DNA from: Microbotryum violaceum
Taxonomy: Eukaryota
Assembly: GCA_001244265.2 (NCBI GenBank)
Contig: CDLV01000013.1
Location: forward strand, 1,240,001-1,304,000
Reading direction: 5' to 3'
DNA length: 64,000 bases
Position 1 is the stretch's first letter. Every line of letters starts with the position of its first letter. The position numbers and the translations under genes are program-made. Under the pieces are notes generated by a model that was not told where the DNA came from, did no database searches, and saw nothing but the letters and a program-made list of their open reading frames with translations. Positions 24,052 through 37,928 of the stretch are shown here, in pieces.

Positions 24052-25371
24052 TCAAGTTTCCTCTCGGCGAATGTGGTCGGTGACCCAGGCGGCGCATCGG
24101 ATCGCCAACGAGTCCGAATGCGCTGTACATCATAGGCAATGATGATGGAGCATTCAGTGCTATTGCGTAGAGGAAGAATGTCGTTTCAACGCGGACTCAC
24201 TCGTGGTCAAAATGAAAGCATGCTGCATCCCTTCCTCGCACTTCTTTCTCCGTTCTTTCGCGAACCCCGCCTGATCCAAAACTTGCTCAATCTCTTGGAC
24301 CGAACTCGGCAAGACCCATCCATCATCGTCTCCCCGTGCCCAATACCAACATAGCCGATCGCCATACTTTTTCAACATTTCAACGTCGAGGTCGGTCACG
24401 TCTCGCATTTCTTCCCGTGCCATCGTCAGCGCCGCGATGACTGATCCGGGGGAGGTGACGAGCCCTGTTGTTACCAAGGAACCGGGGCCTGATTGCCCAG
24501 AGAGACGGCCGACGACACGCGAGAGGGATTCCCGTGGGAGGTAGGACAAAAGCGCCGTCGAGAGGCCGACGGGTGCGAGACCGAGGGGGCTGAATAGAGG
24601 CCACAAGCGACGACCGTTCGGTGTGAGCGCCATGTGGGAGATGGTCGGGAAGAGCAGAATCGCCGACGAGATTAGAGAAGCTCGAGCTTTGATACACTGC
24701 AGGAGGCAAGAAAAAAAAAAAAGAACAAAAAAAGGGGGAAAAAAAAAGGGTCAGAGCTTGAATCGCGCCACACATTGCACAGGACATGCAATATCAACCG
24801 CCGATCTCAGCTTTCTTCGGAACGGAAAAGGTGTTCCCACCTCGCAAGAGATATGACTCCCGATCGAATGAGCAATCAAAACCAACTTGGTCTTGGCGTC
24901 CTTCCCCACCCCAATCGTCGGATACTTCTTCTTCAATTCATCAATAAAAGCGACCTTGTGTTCGATCTGCTCCCGTAAGCCGGGGACTCCGCGGGATGTG
25001 AAACGGACTTTGGCATGGTTCGAATGGTCCAGGTGACCGAGCGCGTATATGGTCGATTTGGTTTGGTCTAGATTGCGGTGTATCGTGCTTAGGAAGGAGG
25101 TGTAATAGTGAACTAGGCCGGGATTGCCGGGGATAAAGAGCAGGACCGTGGAGGGTGCTGTCGAGGCTGGATTTCCCGAGGGGAGGATCAGCTCGGCAAA
25201 CCCGGAGGTGTATTATGCGAACCTACGATCTGTACTTGGCCACTTTAGCAGATCGGCAGGGAGTTTACTGATCGCGTCATGACGAACCGTTTCGATGGGC
25301 GGATTGGGGCCAGGTGCAGCTGTCGACGAGGAGGGGAATGTGGGCGTGGACGTGGACGTGTAGGACGTCAT
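24052..25371 (-). CDS. Lipid droplet-associated alpha/beta hydrolase (LDAH/DUF2305-like)
   Basis: Motifs LFIPGNPGLVHYY, LREQIEHK, AHSIG nucleophile elbow, LFPTISHMALTPNG, DGWV and HAF. Confidence 0.88.
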
Positions 25372-26341
25372 TAGGACGGCGACGTGGGAGCCGAGTCGGG
25401 CCGGTAATAAGCGGCGACGAACAAGATGGTGCAGTGTGGTGCAGGCGCAACGGAGAGTGGGGGAGAACGTACAGGATCTGAGCGCAACCACCTTCCCAGT
25501 TCCGCGAACCAGAGCCGACCAGCCGGACCGAATCGACTAATCACCGAGCTCGGCGACGGCAAGCACTACTTTACCATTGCAGGCCGGCCGATCGCCGGCG
25601 CGTCATTGCGGAGTGCAACCCCATCTCTTTGTTGCAAAAAAACCCGGCTACCGAGAAAGTATAGCACACGTATAAGATGCCCCGTCTACAAAAAGCCTCC
25701 AATGTACGAGTACAAAAAGAGCAAGAGAGATTTCGCATTCAGCAACACGTGCAAATGGGTCGATCTGTGGCGAAGGGGAAGCGACTCGGCTGGTGCATAA
25801 TGGACCCTCATGTACCCCCCGTAAAAGGGGACGGGCGCAGCAACGAGAAGCTAAATAAGACGCCAAATGCAGATTGGAGGATCATGGAGCAGTAGCCATG
25901 AGGAGAAGAGAGAGGCGGATAGGTGATGACGGGGAGGAAAAAAAAGCGGGTCGCGAGACGTTGTGAGTTCGATGGCTATCACAGGAGGTCGGATGACGAA
26001 GTAAGAATCGAGGTCTGATAGATCAACGACATTTCATGAACAAGAGCCAACGTCGTCCTGGTCCCTTGTTGAGCGTGAGGCGTCGAGCTCGCAGCGACAT
26101 GGGTGATGAGTGGGCGGCACAAGGTCGACCCACGCAAGCAAGCCCACAGCAGTGGGTCTCGATTTCGTCGCCACATTTTACTGGCACTTTTGCCTACTGT
26201 GTGTTCTCTTTCGGCCCATTCCACAAGGCTAATGTCTATTCCGAAAACAGGCTGAATGCGAGAGTGAACGACCTCCGAGCATCTCCGGTAGCTCAAAGCT
26301 TGATACAATTGCATTCACCGAGGTCCAACAGACCCCATCCT

Positions 26342-29300
26342 CTACTTCTTTGCCTTGGCGGTACTCGCGTGGGCTGAACCTGTTCCATTTACTAGCAAGA
26401 AGCAAGGGGGAACAAAAGCGGTCAGAATCGTCAATCCTAGCCTGAAAGTACAAGAAGCTGACGACTCACCGAGTACCATTCCCGCTTTGAAGATTTCAGC
26501 GAGCGAATCTGGCGACGGGACAAAGACTGTCGTCTCGTCCCACCGAACTTTGGAAGGAGGTTTCGGCTTGTCGGCGTCTTCTGATGCTCTGTTGGCATTG
26601 GGTGCATCGTGGGCGCCTTCTACCTCGTCGACTTGCACCGAAGCGTCGGAGCCGAATCCACCCAAGATCGTTCGCCAGAGCAATTTGACAGGTGGCAGCG
26701 AATGAGCCGGCGCGTCCAAGACCGACATTGAAGCCGCGAGTCTGTCGACGGATGTCGTAGGCTTCTTCGCATTCTGCCCTGCGAGTGCTCGTCGTGACGT
26801 TATTCGAGCCTCGTCCCCGTTGCCATAGATCTCGTCAAAGAGGCGCGATTGGGCTTTCGTAGATGCGGCACGCGGGAGTTTGCTAGGCGCGATTTGAGAA
26901 CCGAACGTCGCGGCTTTGCCGACGAGGGTGATGTCGCCTTCGTCATCGATGATGGCAAGAGAGACGTCATCTTCGCTCGAAGTACTCGAAGGGGCATTGA
27001 CGTCGTACCAGATCGATTGTCGGACCGCGAAGGGGAGTTGCCGAGCCAAGAGAGTGGAGGGTGGGGCCGAGGCGTCGATGAGGTAGGCACGAGTCGCGGT
27101 CGAGACCGAGCGCGAAGAGGCAGTTTCCTTGCGCGGTGCAATCTTTTCGGTCGCAATGAACAGCGACGAGCGAGGTCGATTCGAGATGCTGTTGACCTCA
27201 AAGTCGAGATGAAGTGACTCTGTGCGCAGCAAAAAGAGCCATCAAGTCAGCACTTATAGCAGAACTAGTCAAGGTGAATTCAATTGACTTGCCATCAAAG
27301 GTCAGCAGATCCCAAGCAATCGAACCGCTTGTACCACCCGCGAGTAAAGTCGTCCCGCCCCGACCAACAAAGCCTACTTTACGAGCCGAGGTGATCGTCG
27401 AGCATGCAAAAACGTGTATAAGCGCATTCGAGGCCAGCGACCAAAGCGTAACGACCTTGTCATGTGCGATGGCAAACATGGAGCCGTCCTGAGACCACGC
27501 GGCATCGTAAGGTGTGAAGCCGCGGTATTCGAAGCTGGTTAGGCATCTCCAAGAGCCGGCGACGTGCGCCCAGAGCTTGGCGACGCCATCCATCGATGTC
27601 GTCAACAAGAGCGGCGATGCTGGCGATGGCGAGAACGCCATCGAGGTGACCGCGGCGTTGTGAGGTCGATCAATTCGGGTGGAGAGCACAAAGCTGTGGG
27701 CGGGAGCACGGCGTAAGCTGGGCACCAGGGTGAAGTATGAGAGCTCGCAGACTACTCACCTTGTGCCATTTCCCTTGTGTTCCCAGAACTTGAGATGCCG
27801 AGTTGGAGCAAAACAGTCCTTGATCCAGGTATCGAGCGTGGCCATCCAGTACGTTCCCCCGATCCTGTTTGGGTCCAGGGCAGGAGTAGAGAAAGTGACG
27901 CGTTCGACGCGAGTTGGTTCGATAGGGACCTCGCCGGCACTGGAGACACGGTTTGAAGGTGATACTTCCAACTCCAGCAGCTGGCTGTCGTTGGGCGGTG
28001 AGTAGAACTGGATGGATGAGGGGTGGCCGGCGGGAACGACCAGGGCCTTGGTCGAGGGCTGAACGGCGAGCGGGAGTTGGGACCGACGCTGATGCGCGAT
28101 GGCAGACAGGCGAACGGGATCTGTATCGCAGGAAGTCAACGAGGGGAGTCAGAAAATCAATCTTGAAGTGGGCGACCAGCTGAAGGAAGTACGGACCTGC
28201 TTTGAGGCCAGAGATCGTCTTGGTGATCTTTAGCCGTTGTGTGCCGATGAAGACGACGGTGCCGTCGCGCAGACGGGCAGCAACTTGCTGCTCCGCTTGA
28301 CCTTCACCGGCGATCGAGAGGGCCAAAATGGGTGCTCCGAGCCGGGGTACAAACTCGGTATGCCCCGTGTGCAATTGCCACAGAACCATGACAGCTTCCT
28401 CACCACCAGAGAGCAGGTATGCGCCATTCGCGGTGAAAGTAAGAGCGGCGACAGGGTGCTTGTGCCAATGGTACACAGCCGTTGACCGCTTCTCATTCGC
28501 ATTGTCTTTGACGGCTTTTTGCTTCGAGTTTTGCTTGGTCGTTGGGCGCGGCGTTCCGAGCACTTCCTCGTCCAAGACGTCGTACCACAGTCGAATCTGA
28601 CCGCGCTCATTACCGGTTGCAAAATAGTTCTCGATCGGATGGAACGCGACCGTCGTCAAGGCTTCAGAAGAGTCGAGCTGGGTTGTGAACCCACGCTGTA
28701 ATTGTGCGGGGCGGCAGATGTTGACTGAATGAGGATTCAAGGCGATGAGATGAGCTCCAGACGGGGAGATGGCCAGAGAGCGCACGATGCGAGGGTTGGC
28801 GAGTCGAACTCTCCGAGCCGGGTCGCGCGGTGTTGTCGGCGAGATCGTTCTTTCCATGTATTCCGGTATCAGCTTGGGTCGCAAGCTGATGGAGTAGATG
28901 CCGGCTCGCCGTTCGTCCACGGGCACCGACTTGGACGAAGCCCCTGTCTGAGCTCCCGAGGACTTTGCCGAGTCTGGATTGGCTCGCGTCGCCGTCAATG
29001 CGAGATGCAGCGCGTTCGAGGCTGAAGCGTTGAGCTCCTTAGTGCCCGTCCTACTGAGCGGTGCATCCTGCTCGTGGACGGCCAAAGCGACGAAGAGGTG
29101 ATCACCCAGACTCGGGTGGCCGCAGGCATGCAGCACGGGTGCGCCGAGCTGGATTGTACGGAGAAGACGCCCCTCGTAGTAGTCCCAGACCCTGATTGTG
29201 CCGTCAAAGGAAGCGACGAGCAACTGTAAGGGGTTGGTGGGGTTCAACAAAAGCGCCGTGACCTTGGCTCGGCCGACCGACGAGGATTGGGACGGAGAGA

Positions 29301-29791
29301 TCGAGGCCGTCGAGGTGCTGGGCTGCTGCGAAGGAGGGGACAAGGTCGAGAGCAGGAGCGTAGACTGGGTCGAATAGATCTTGACCTGAAAAGACGAAGC
29401 GATGAAGCAGTATCTGTAGCACGGGTCGTACGCAAGCCGAGGTGATCAGCGGCATGCTCAGCTGGGCCGCTACGAAGCTGTCGCGACAAGTGGGCGGAGG
29501 CGGGTTGCGCCTGGAAGTGTAGAGCATCACGTACGCAGCATCGGGAGAATAGACGACAGGACAAGTGGTGGTGACGATGGACTCGTTGAGCGAAGTCCAG
29601 GGCCAAGTCGGGATCGGCGGAACGGCATCCGAATTCGAGATCTGGGTCGAAGTCGAGGTCGAAGCCGGTGCGAGCGCTTGGGACGACGACGATACAGCTG
29701 CTGCAGGTTCGAGCTGATCACGCAGCGCTTGCTTCTCCTTCTTTCCGAGACGAGCACGAGCTCGCGGGGTCGACAACGCTGGGGTGGCCAT
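26342..29791 (-). CDS. NAN1: U3 snoRNA-associated WD40 protein Utp17/Nan1 (WDR75), UtpA complex
   Basis: WD repeats, the YHWHKHPVAAL..NGAYLLSGGEEAVMVLWQLHTG..FVPRLG signature, TRIDRPH, and C-terminal LDAPAHSLPPV. Confidence 0.9.
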
Positions 29792-29887
29792 GCTCTTTTC
29801 ACACGGGGTTGGCGGTCGTCGTCGAGTGTGGACGGTCGGTCGTGAGGGCGTGAGGGCGTGAGGCGCGCCGCTGAGGTCGCGGCTGCG

Positions 29888-29909
29888 AAGAGAGAGAGAG
29901 AGAGAGAGA
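29888..29909. repeat. (GA)n microsatellite upstream of UTP17
   Basis: About 10 AG units. Confidence 0.9.
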
Positions 29910-30477
29910 TCTTCATTTCAAGACTGTATCGCGCTAAAGCACATGTACTCCGCCAGAAATATCTGAACAAAAATATAGGGGGATTATTGGGGAGTACTGT
30001 ACAGTTGGGGAGGTTGGTGGTGGTGTTTTTAGAAAATGAGAAATTTGATGTGGAATAAATCCCCTGCGAAGGGCCAACACCACCGATCGCTCGGGGTAAG
30101 CTCTGGCGATCTGGCGCTCGGACCCATGACACTTTTCGCGCCGTCGCACCCAGGCCGAGATTTGTACATAATTTTTCACCGTCGGACCATTGGCATCAAG
30201 CGGCACTTTGGAATAGATTGTCTCATGACTCTTTGAGTGTAGCTTTTAACTTGACAGTCCCCCCGGGTCCCTACCACCTTTTCTTACAGCGCGCCCTGAA
30301 ACGCGAAAATGCCCGAGTCGACGACGGCCCAGTTTCAAGAACTTGTTTCAGGCCGGCCATTGTCACGGCGCGTCGCCGCTCGCGGTTCCACGCGCTGCCC
30401 ATCATACCCACCGACCTGACTTGCTCCAGGATACGTTCAGCAGGACCTACGATTCGTCGGCGTGCTACTCGACGACC

Positions 30478-33400
30478 ATGTCGAGGGCCTCGCCCCGCCA
30501 TGATGCGACCGCTCCAGAGGGGACCCAAATTGAACCGCTACCCAACTATGTCAGTCGAAGGCCGTCGTCGCCAGTTCGTTCAACTCGAGTGCGAGCGGCT
30601 GCTTTCGAGCACGGGGCGCTTCGTCATTGCCAGGACGATTCAGCTGACCATCTTCACCTTTGCGCTCGATCGTTTGACGCCCGTAGAAACTCGGCGAAAA
30701 GCTGGGGCAGGGCTCGTTTGGGAGCGTGTACCGCGCGCTCAACTGGCACACAGGAGAGACCTGCGCGGTCAAGCAGATCGGGCTCACCAACATTCCAAAG
30801 GCGCAACTACCTGACATTATGGTAAACATCGAATGCAGAACCTCTCCCACCTCATCTTTGTCGCTGTGACCTGACCGACTTCGCCTTTTGGCTCTGCTCC
30901 GCTTCGCGTCACAGTCTGAGATCGACTTGCTCAAGAATCTGCACCGTGAGGAGGATCTGTCGTTGTCAGACAGCGGGGCCCGCTCGAGCGTTATGCAGCA
31001 TCTGACCTTCTTTGGGGCGACTCGCAGACCCCAACATTGTCCAATACCGTGGATTCGTCAAGACGAACGACTCGCTGTACATCATCCTGGAATATTGCGA
31101 GAACGGCTCGCTGCACGCCGTCACGAAAAAGTTTGGCCGCTTCCCCGAATCGCTCGTCGGGCTCTACATTCTCCAGGTCCTGCACGGGCTCATGTACCTC
31201 CACGAGCAAGGTGTCATCCACCGGGATATCAAAGGCAGCAATATATTAGCCACAAAAGAGGGATCAATCAAGCGTCAGTCCTTTGTTCTGCGCATTCTCT
31301 CCGTCGAGTCTAACTCAGCATCTGACAACTCTTCCAATTCTCTTGTCAAGTCGCCGATTTTGGTGTCGCAACCCGTGCCGGTGGTCCCTCGGATTCGGAC
31401 GTCGTCGGCTCCCCGTATTGGATGGCACCCGAAGTGGTCGACCAATCGGGCGCTACGACGGCCTCTGACGTTTGGTCTCTCGGAGCCCTCGTCATCGAAC
31501 TTGTGACCGGGAAACCACCCTACCATTTCCTCGACCCGATGCCTGCCCTTTTTCGAATTGTCAATGATGACTGTCCGCCCATACCCGAGGGCGCATCCCC
31601 GGTCGTCAAAGATTTCTTGCTTCAATGTTTTCAAAAGGACGCCAATTTGAGGATCTCGGCCAAGAAGCTGTTGAGACATCCGTGGATGCTGAGTGCCAAA
31701 CGACAGGTTGAGCAGACGCGGAGGGACCAGAGCAATGAGGCCTCGACTAGACCCTTGAGTGGCTACTCGGAGTCGGTACAGAAGGTACAGGAATGGAATG
31801 AGGCTATCAAAGGTGAATTGTGCTGAATGGGCTCGTGTTCTTTTTCAAGCGCTGAGTTGACCTCCTGTTGTCCCGACATTGCTACAGTCGACCCACACCC
31901 CTACCGGCCACAACAACCTCGGCCGTCTAGACCGCCCGCCGACGAGTCACATCGAAGAGCGAGCGTCGATCTTAATTCTGTGCTACAGACAAGGCCGACG
32001 CCTTCAGTGCCGACACCGCTTCCTATGGCTCAGTCTTTGTTCGTCGTCGCCCAACCCGCTTTGCGCTTGCCTGCCAATCGACAGGAAGAGCCTGACGATA
32101 ACTGGGACAACGATTTTGAAGACGATATCTCAATAGCAAAAATCGGCTGTGAGGTAGTGCGCGCTGTGCGTCGTCTTTGGCCCATGAGATTGACGCTTTG
32201 TGTGTTATCTCGCAGTGCTCGACAAGGAGAGCAATCCTTCAAGCGGCCGGCTCCCCGACACTCACGACGATGATGACGAGGGTGGCAACTCGGCTACCCT
32301 CAGGCCACCGTCCCGCCCCTCTCTCGCTGTAGATGTGAAGGCCATGCCGCCCATCGTCGAAGATTACTCGGATTTGGTATGCGACGATGAGGCAGCCTTC
32401 GAAGGGCGAGTCCTCAGCTTGCAGGTAAGTGCTCGAAGACTTGGGATTCACAGTTAGAAGTGATCAAAACGCCGAGTGATCGTTCACCTACAGGCTCAAA
32501 TATTCTCAAAGAAGCGAATCCTCCACCCGAAGGACATCTCCGACTCGGTGCTCAACCCCCAGGTACTCACACCCTCTTCCACCCCGCCAGGAGCCGAAAG
32601 GAGCGCGTCGCTCAAGGGGACCACCCGCCGTCCTCTCGCTCCCCTCAGCAATGCCGTTTCGTCACCAGCTTGGAGCGGCTCAACGGCACGATCCGACCCG
32701 ACTTGCTACGAGAGCAGCCCCGTGGATGCGACTCGTCGGACCATGGAAAAGTACAGTGAGGTTGGGAGCGAGGATTACTCGGATCTGATTGGGAAAGGCA
32801 CGGGCGCTAGCGAGAATGGCATAACCACGGCGGAATCGTTGCGTTTGGCAACGAGGCTGTCTTCCAAGTCCTGGGTGAGTTACGATTGCTCGCGTTGTCA
32901 CCGGATATCCCTGCAAGCCGATCTAATACGCGTCTTCATTCCAGTTGGGAGATGTCGACAGCGATGAGGAAGACCCATTCGCTGAAGTGGACCTCGCAAA
33001 CGACATCGAGAGCGGTGATTTCGAAGCTAATATCGCACGGGACAAGCACGCGCGGCTATGCGACGTCGTCAGCGATCTCATCGATGCGATATCTGTCGAA
33101 CACGACGAAGTCACCTTGCGCGAGCTTTCCCTCGATCTGATCACGATCTTGGAAGAATCGGTCGAGGTTCGGGCGCACTTCACACAAGCCCATGGGATGC
33201 TTACGGCGATCGAGTTGTTGCGGGTCACGCGCTCGCGCGAGGTCATTGCGATCTTATTGAGGGTCGTCAATCTGGTTATCTCGTCTGATCCACCGATTTT
33301 GGAGAAGATCTGTGTGAGTTGTAGCATCTACATTCTTCACAGCGAGGTGAACCCGGACTGAATGAGCTTAATCGCCTCTCAGCTCGTCGGTGGTTGTCCC

Positions 33401-35421
33401 GTCATGATGGTCTTCGCGTCGAACCGATACTCGCGCGACATTCGACTCGAGGCAGCGCTCTTCGTGGGCTCGGTTTGCCGAACGTCGTTGCTCACGCTCC
33501 AGATGTTCATTAGTTGCTGTGGTCTGCGAACACTGGTGACGATGCTTATGGATGAGAGCTGTGAGTTCCCTCTCGACTGCTCTAGTCGAACTAGAGATGG
33601 GCTAATCGCGATCGCGCTTTAACAGATGAGGAGGGTAAAGATCTTGTCTGGATGGCCGTGGACGGGATCAGTCGCGTCTTTGAGATGCAGGTGAGTCACA
33701 GTCAAATAGGATCGACTTCCACGCTCGACTGACGCGCTTGTGACGGCTTGATTCGTCTAGTTCGCCACGCCTCGCACCGACTTTTGTCGCATATTTTCGC
33801 AAGAAGGGCTGCTGGAACCCTTGTCGAGTGCGCTGATCAGCGTCGCCACGGACCAAGACGAGCTGGCTGAGAGTGCACGGGCCAAGATCGTTAGGATCTT
33901 TTTGCTTTTCGCACAAGCGGATCACAAGATCGCTTCAGCTGTTGCGCAACGAGTAGTGGTATTGCGTGAGTTTCCACGGGTTGCATCTTCGATTCCCCGA
34001 TCCGTGCTGATTCGATTCTGGTCTGTCGGAGAAGGGTTGATCAAAGCCGTCGGCTTACTGTCCGAGCAAGTGGACCTGCTTGCGATCTTACTCAAGACGA
34101 TCAAGCATCTGACCATGATCCCGAGCGCGCTCGAGGTGCTCCAAAACGCCAATGCGATCGAGGTGCTCGTGCGCGTGCTCTCTCGACAGATGGAGGGCAA
34201 GCTTGCTGCTGTGGGTCTCAGTCAGCGTCGTTCTCGTAATGGGCATTGTGCTCATGTTCATTCGGAGAGCTTAGGAGGTACAAAATCACGTCGTCAATGC
34301 GCTCTTCAACCTCTGTCGACTCAGCAAGGCCCGACAAGAGGAGGCAGCGTCTGCAGGGGCCATCCCCGCGCTCAAGATGCTCGTTGCTGGCAGTTCGCCT
34401 CTCAAGCAATTCGCTCTACCAATTCTTTGCGATTTCGCTCATGCGAGCAAGACTTGTCGGAGACTGTGAGTGACCTGTGCCTTTCTCGGTTTGATGACCC
34501 TCGATCAGTCTGCTCACGAACGTGTCCCGGATTCGACAGTCTCTGGCGCTACGACGGTCTCAAGTTATATGTCGGATTACTCCACGATCCATTCTGGTCC
34601 ATCGCCGCGATGGACTCAATTCTCTCTTGGTTACTTGACGAACCGGCGCGTGTCGAACAGTGCTTGCTCGAACCTTCCGCCGTCCAGTCGCTCAATCATC
34701 TGTTCTGTACAGCCAAGAGTACGGCCTTTGATGCTCATCTTGAACCTCTCAATAAGGTCAGTCATACGCAAAAGTCTATCATGGCCTTAGCTTGGAAGCT
34801 TACAAGCGGTCAGCCCGACAGATTCTCCGCACTTCGACACCCCTCGCGGCCAAACTCGCTGCGCAGCACGGCTTCTGGAAACGCATCATCGACCGTCTAG
34901 GCCGGACGAGCAAGACGATTGCCCGACTGAATCTCTTGCGACTCGCCAAAACGGCCTGGGAAGCTCTTTCAAATGATCGACCAGAACGTGAACGCGTCGC
35001 GACGTTGTTGGGTCCTGCGGTGGCTAGACTGGCCGATCACGATCAGGCGATCTTGGTGAAGGAATTGGCGAAGGAGTTGGGAAAGGATTTGAAGAAGGTC
35101 AGGGATGGGCAGTTGAGAGGGGGTGTGGGGTTGGGGGTTAGGAAGTTGAGGAGGACTGCTTCGGATGGGGCGGCGATGTTGTTCCTTTCCAAGGCGGGAG
35201 CTGGCTTGGCGTCGACTGCGTCAAGCGCCGGGAGCAATGAGGTACGGTCGACGCCGTCGACTTCTTCACCGAGGATACCGGGTGCGGCAACACCTCGCTC
35301 GACAAGCTCGGGTACACCTCGGTCGACGAGCTCGGGTACACCTCGGACAACGTCGGATCACCGCCGATACAGCTCGCTTGCGCGTCGCGATTCGACCTCG
35401 ACTCGTTCGCCCTTACCCTGA
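30478..35421 (+). CDS. CDC15: Cdc15/Cdc7(S. pombe)/SepH MEN-SIN protein kinase
   Basis: Motifs [58 protein letters not shown] and [11 protein letters not shown]-like C-terminal region with [16 protein letters not shown]. Many introns. Confidence 0.92.
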
Positions 35422-35600
35422 GTCTCATCGTGAAGGTCTCTTTGTGGCATTTTCGTCTTTCGTCTTTTTCGTTCGCATTTCTTGCATCGATATGTTGTTG
35501 ATTATTTTCTCCATACCTCACTGTCGTTCACTCGTTGTCTTTGACTTGGCAAAATCCCTTGCTGCTGGTATGCATTGCAAGATATCCCGTCGTTGTTTTT

Positions 35601-37891
35601 TTAACTTTTGGTCGACTTGGGTTTGGGCTTTTCTACAACTAGGGGCTGGTTCACCGCTCCTCGCCGTTCCCAGATCTGACAGATCATTTCGAGTGCAAAG
35701 GATCATCAGCACCTCTTTTCTTCTACGCGTTCAGATCAATCTAGCGCTCACCTGAATATAACTCTCCCCCAACGGGATCAACTGCTGATTGATCTCCTCG
35801 ACGATCAAGTCCTGAATCGCATACCACTTCTCATCGTCGTCACCTTTCCCAGGTCGGCTCAACTTGCCCGTCTCTAGATCCCTTTGCGTTCGGAGATGGA
35901 CGTTGACTTTCCACGTGGTTTCTTCTCGTGCTGTGCCGGCGGCTGAGGAATGGGTAATGTTGGATACGAGGTCGTAGTATTGCGCAATGGACTGATTGCC
36001 TTCGACATCTATGAGGTAATATAATTTCAGCTTGTACAGCCTCGAAATGGAACTCTGGTTGGGTGCTCCGACTCACAATCCGCCATATCAACCCCTCTAA
36101 GCGGGAAATTGACGATCGTCGGGTTCTTCTCCTCGACAAAGTTATTCTTCGTGAAGCGCTTGATGTGCAATATCAAGAACGGCGGTAACCTTGTCAACTT
36201 CCATCTTCGGAGCATGCCCTTGGATTCCTGCGTCGTCTTTCCGTCGTATTTGGCTAGCACGGCGGAGATGGGCACTTGGGGGATGATGTTGGTTTCGACC
36301 GAGTCTTGGAAGACGGGGGGTGGGGGGAGGTCGATCGCGAGGAAGAGAAAGGGGTTCGTGGTGGATTTGATGTCTGGAAGGGTACAAAAGATATAGATTA
36401 GTATGGAACGCGCGAAGATCGAGGTCAAGCGGAACGTACCTCGGTCAAGATCGAAGCGTGGTTTGCCGCCGTATTCACCCGTGGTGAGGACCTGCTGATC
36501 GTCGACTCGGACTTCGCCCTGAAAAGCGCTGTAGATAACGCCTGGAGGAGCCAACTCATTCCACTCAGCAAATGCGAGCGAACCAAGTGCAGCAAAGTCA
36601 GGTGTAGACGTACTCGATTTTGGTTTCTTGTTGCCTCCCAAATCGCGATGAAGGGCATTGAGCAGCCAGCCCAGAAACTCGAGCGGATCGCTGGCCTGGG
36701 TGATCTTGAAGCGCTTGGCACTCGCGTTGGCGCATTCCTGTAAGAGTTCGTGCGGTGATACTTGGGCCTTGAAGGCGCGCGGATTCCAAATTTTGCGACA
36801 GAGCATCGAAAAGCGACGGACAAGCTCGGTCGCGTCGGACGAGGTGACGTGCGGGTCGAGGATGAAGTAATTGCGCAAGGGCGTCACGTGAACGAGGGCG
36901 TGGAGAATGCAGTTCATGTACGAATTGGCTTTGATGTTGTTGAGACCGACGAAACCGGGGTAGTAGGGTTTCTGGGCGAGGTCGTAGCTCGGGTTTTCGG
37001 CGGCATCGATGCGCTGCAAGAGGATCGGGGTGAAGGTGGGGAAGAGGTGGTACTTGATGTCGTCGAGGGAGGGGTCGTTGACTTCGTAACCGTCGGGAAG
37101 GACGTGGACCTGGAGCCGAATGGGGCACGAGTCAGCGTGGGAAGCGTGTGAGGAGGATTGATGCGGGGGTACCCCCACCTTTTGAGTTGTGAGGTTGATG
37201 AAGACGTGGTGGTCCTCTGCGATCGAATGAGCGTAGGCGGGACTGGACTTGCCGCGTCCCTGGAAGTACCTGCCATCGACGAGGCAGGCGTAAATGTTGT
37301 TCTGGCTGAGCGTGACGGAACACAGTCGCTCAAAGTCAAAGTCGAGCGCGTGGCGGTTGATCTGACCCGAGGGGAGGTCAGAGTGGGGAAGTGGTCAGTG
37401 TCGGACTTGGTTGCGTGCTTATTGAGACTAGTCGTGCTTGATGAGACTCACTGTGTCGAGGTAGAGGTCGGTCGGCCGTGTCGAGTCGTCCTGATCGTCG
37501 ATGGCTTGGAATTGCAGCTCATAGTCTGGCGGCTCCTCGGGATCGTCTTTGGGCTTGCTGTGATCATCATCATCGCCGTGAGGAGCGTGTGCAGTGTGTT
37601 CTTGAAGCTCTTCTTGTTTCGTCTCTGGTGGTGGTGGTGGTGGGGACGGTGGCGGCTGGGTGGGTGTGGCCGGGTCGATGTCCAACTTGGCACGTTTGGG
37701 TTTGGGCAGTTCGTTGTGGCCGTTCTGGGTAGCCAAACTTTCCGCTGATCTGATCCGGGGGTTTAATGCTTGCGTTGTAATTTCGACCTCTTGTACTGAC
37801 GAGTTGTCGACGGCAGGGGCCTCGACGGGTGCAGCTGCATCGTCATTGTCATCGTCATTGGTCGGCTCTAGCTCTAGCTCTTCCTCTGCTG

Positions 37892-37928
<37 letters not shown>

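Noticed and set aside
25213-25215. In-frame TAA within the LDAH reading frame (possible read-through or pseudogene)
   Set aside because: It lies in a plausible intron (GTACAG or GTAGGT donor, GCTGAT branch, CCAG acceptor) whose removal keeps the frame.
25923-26018. Possible C/D box snoRNA (GTGATGA ... CTGA)
   Set aside because: No terminal stem or recognisable rRNA-complementary guide; would need snoscan or Infernal.
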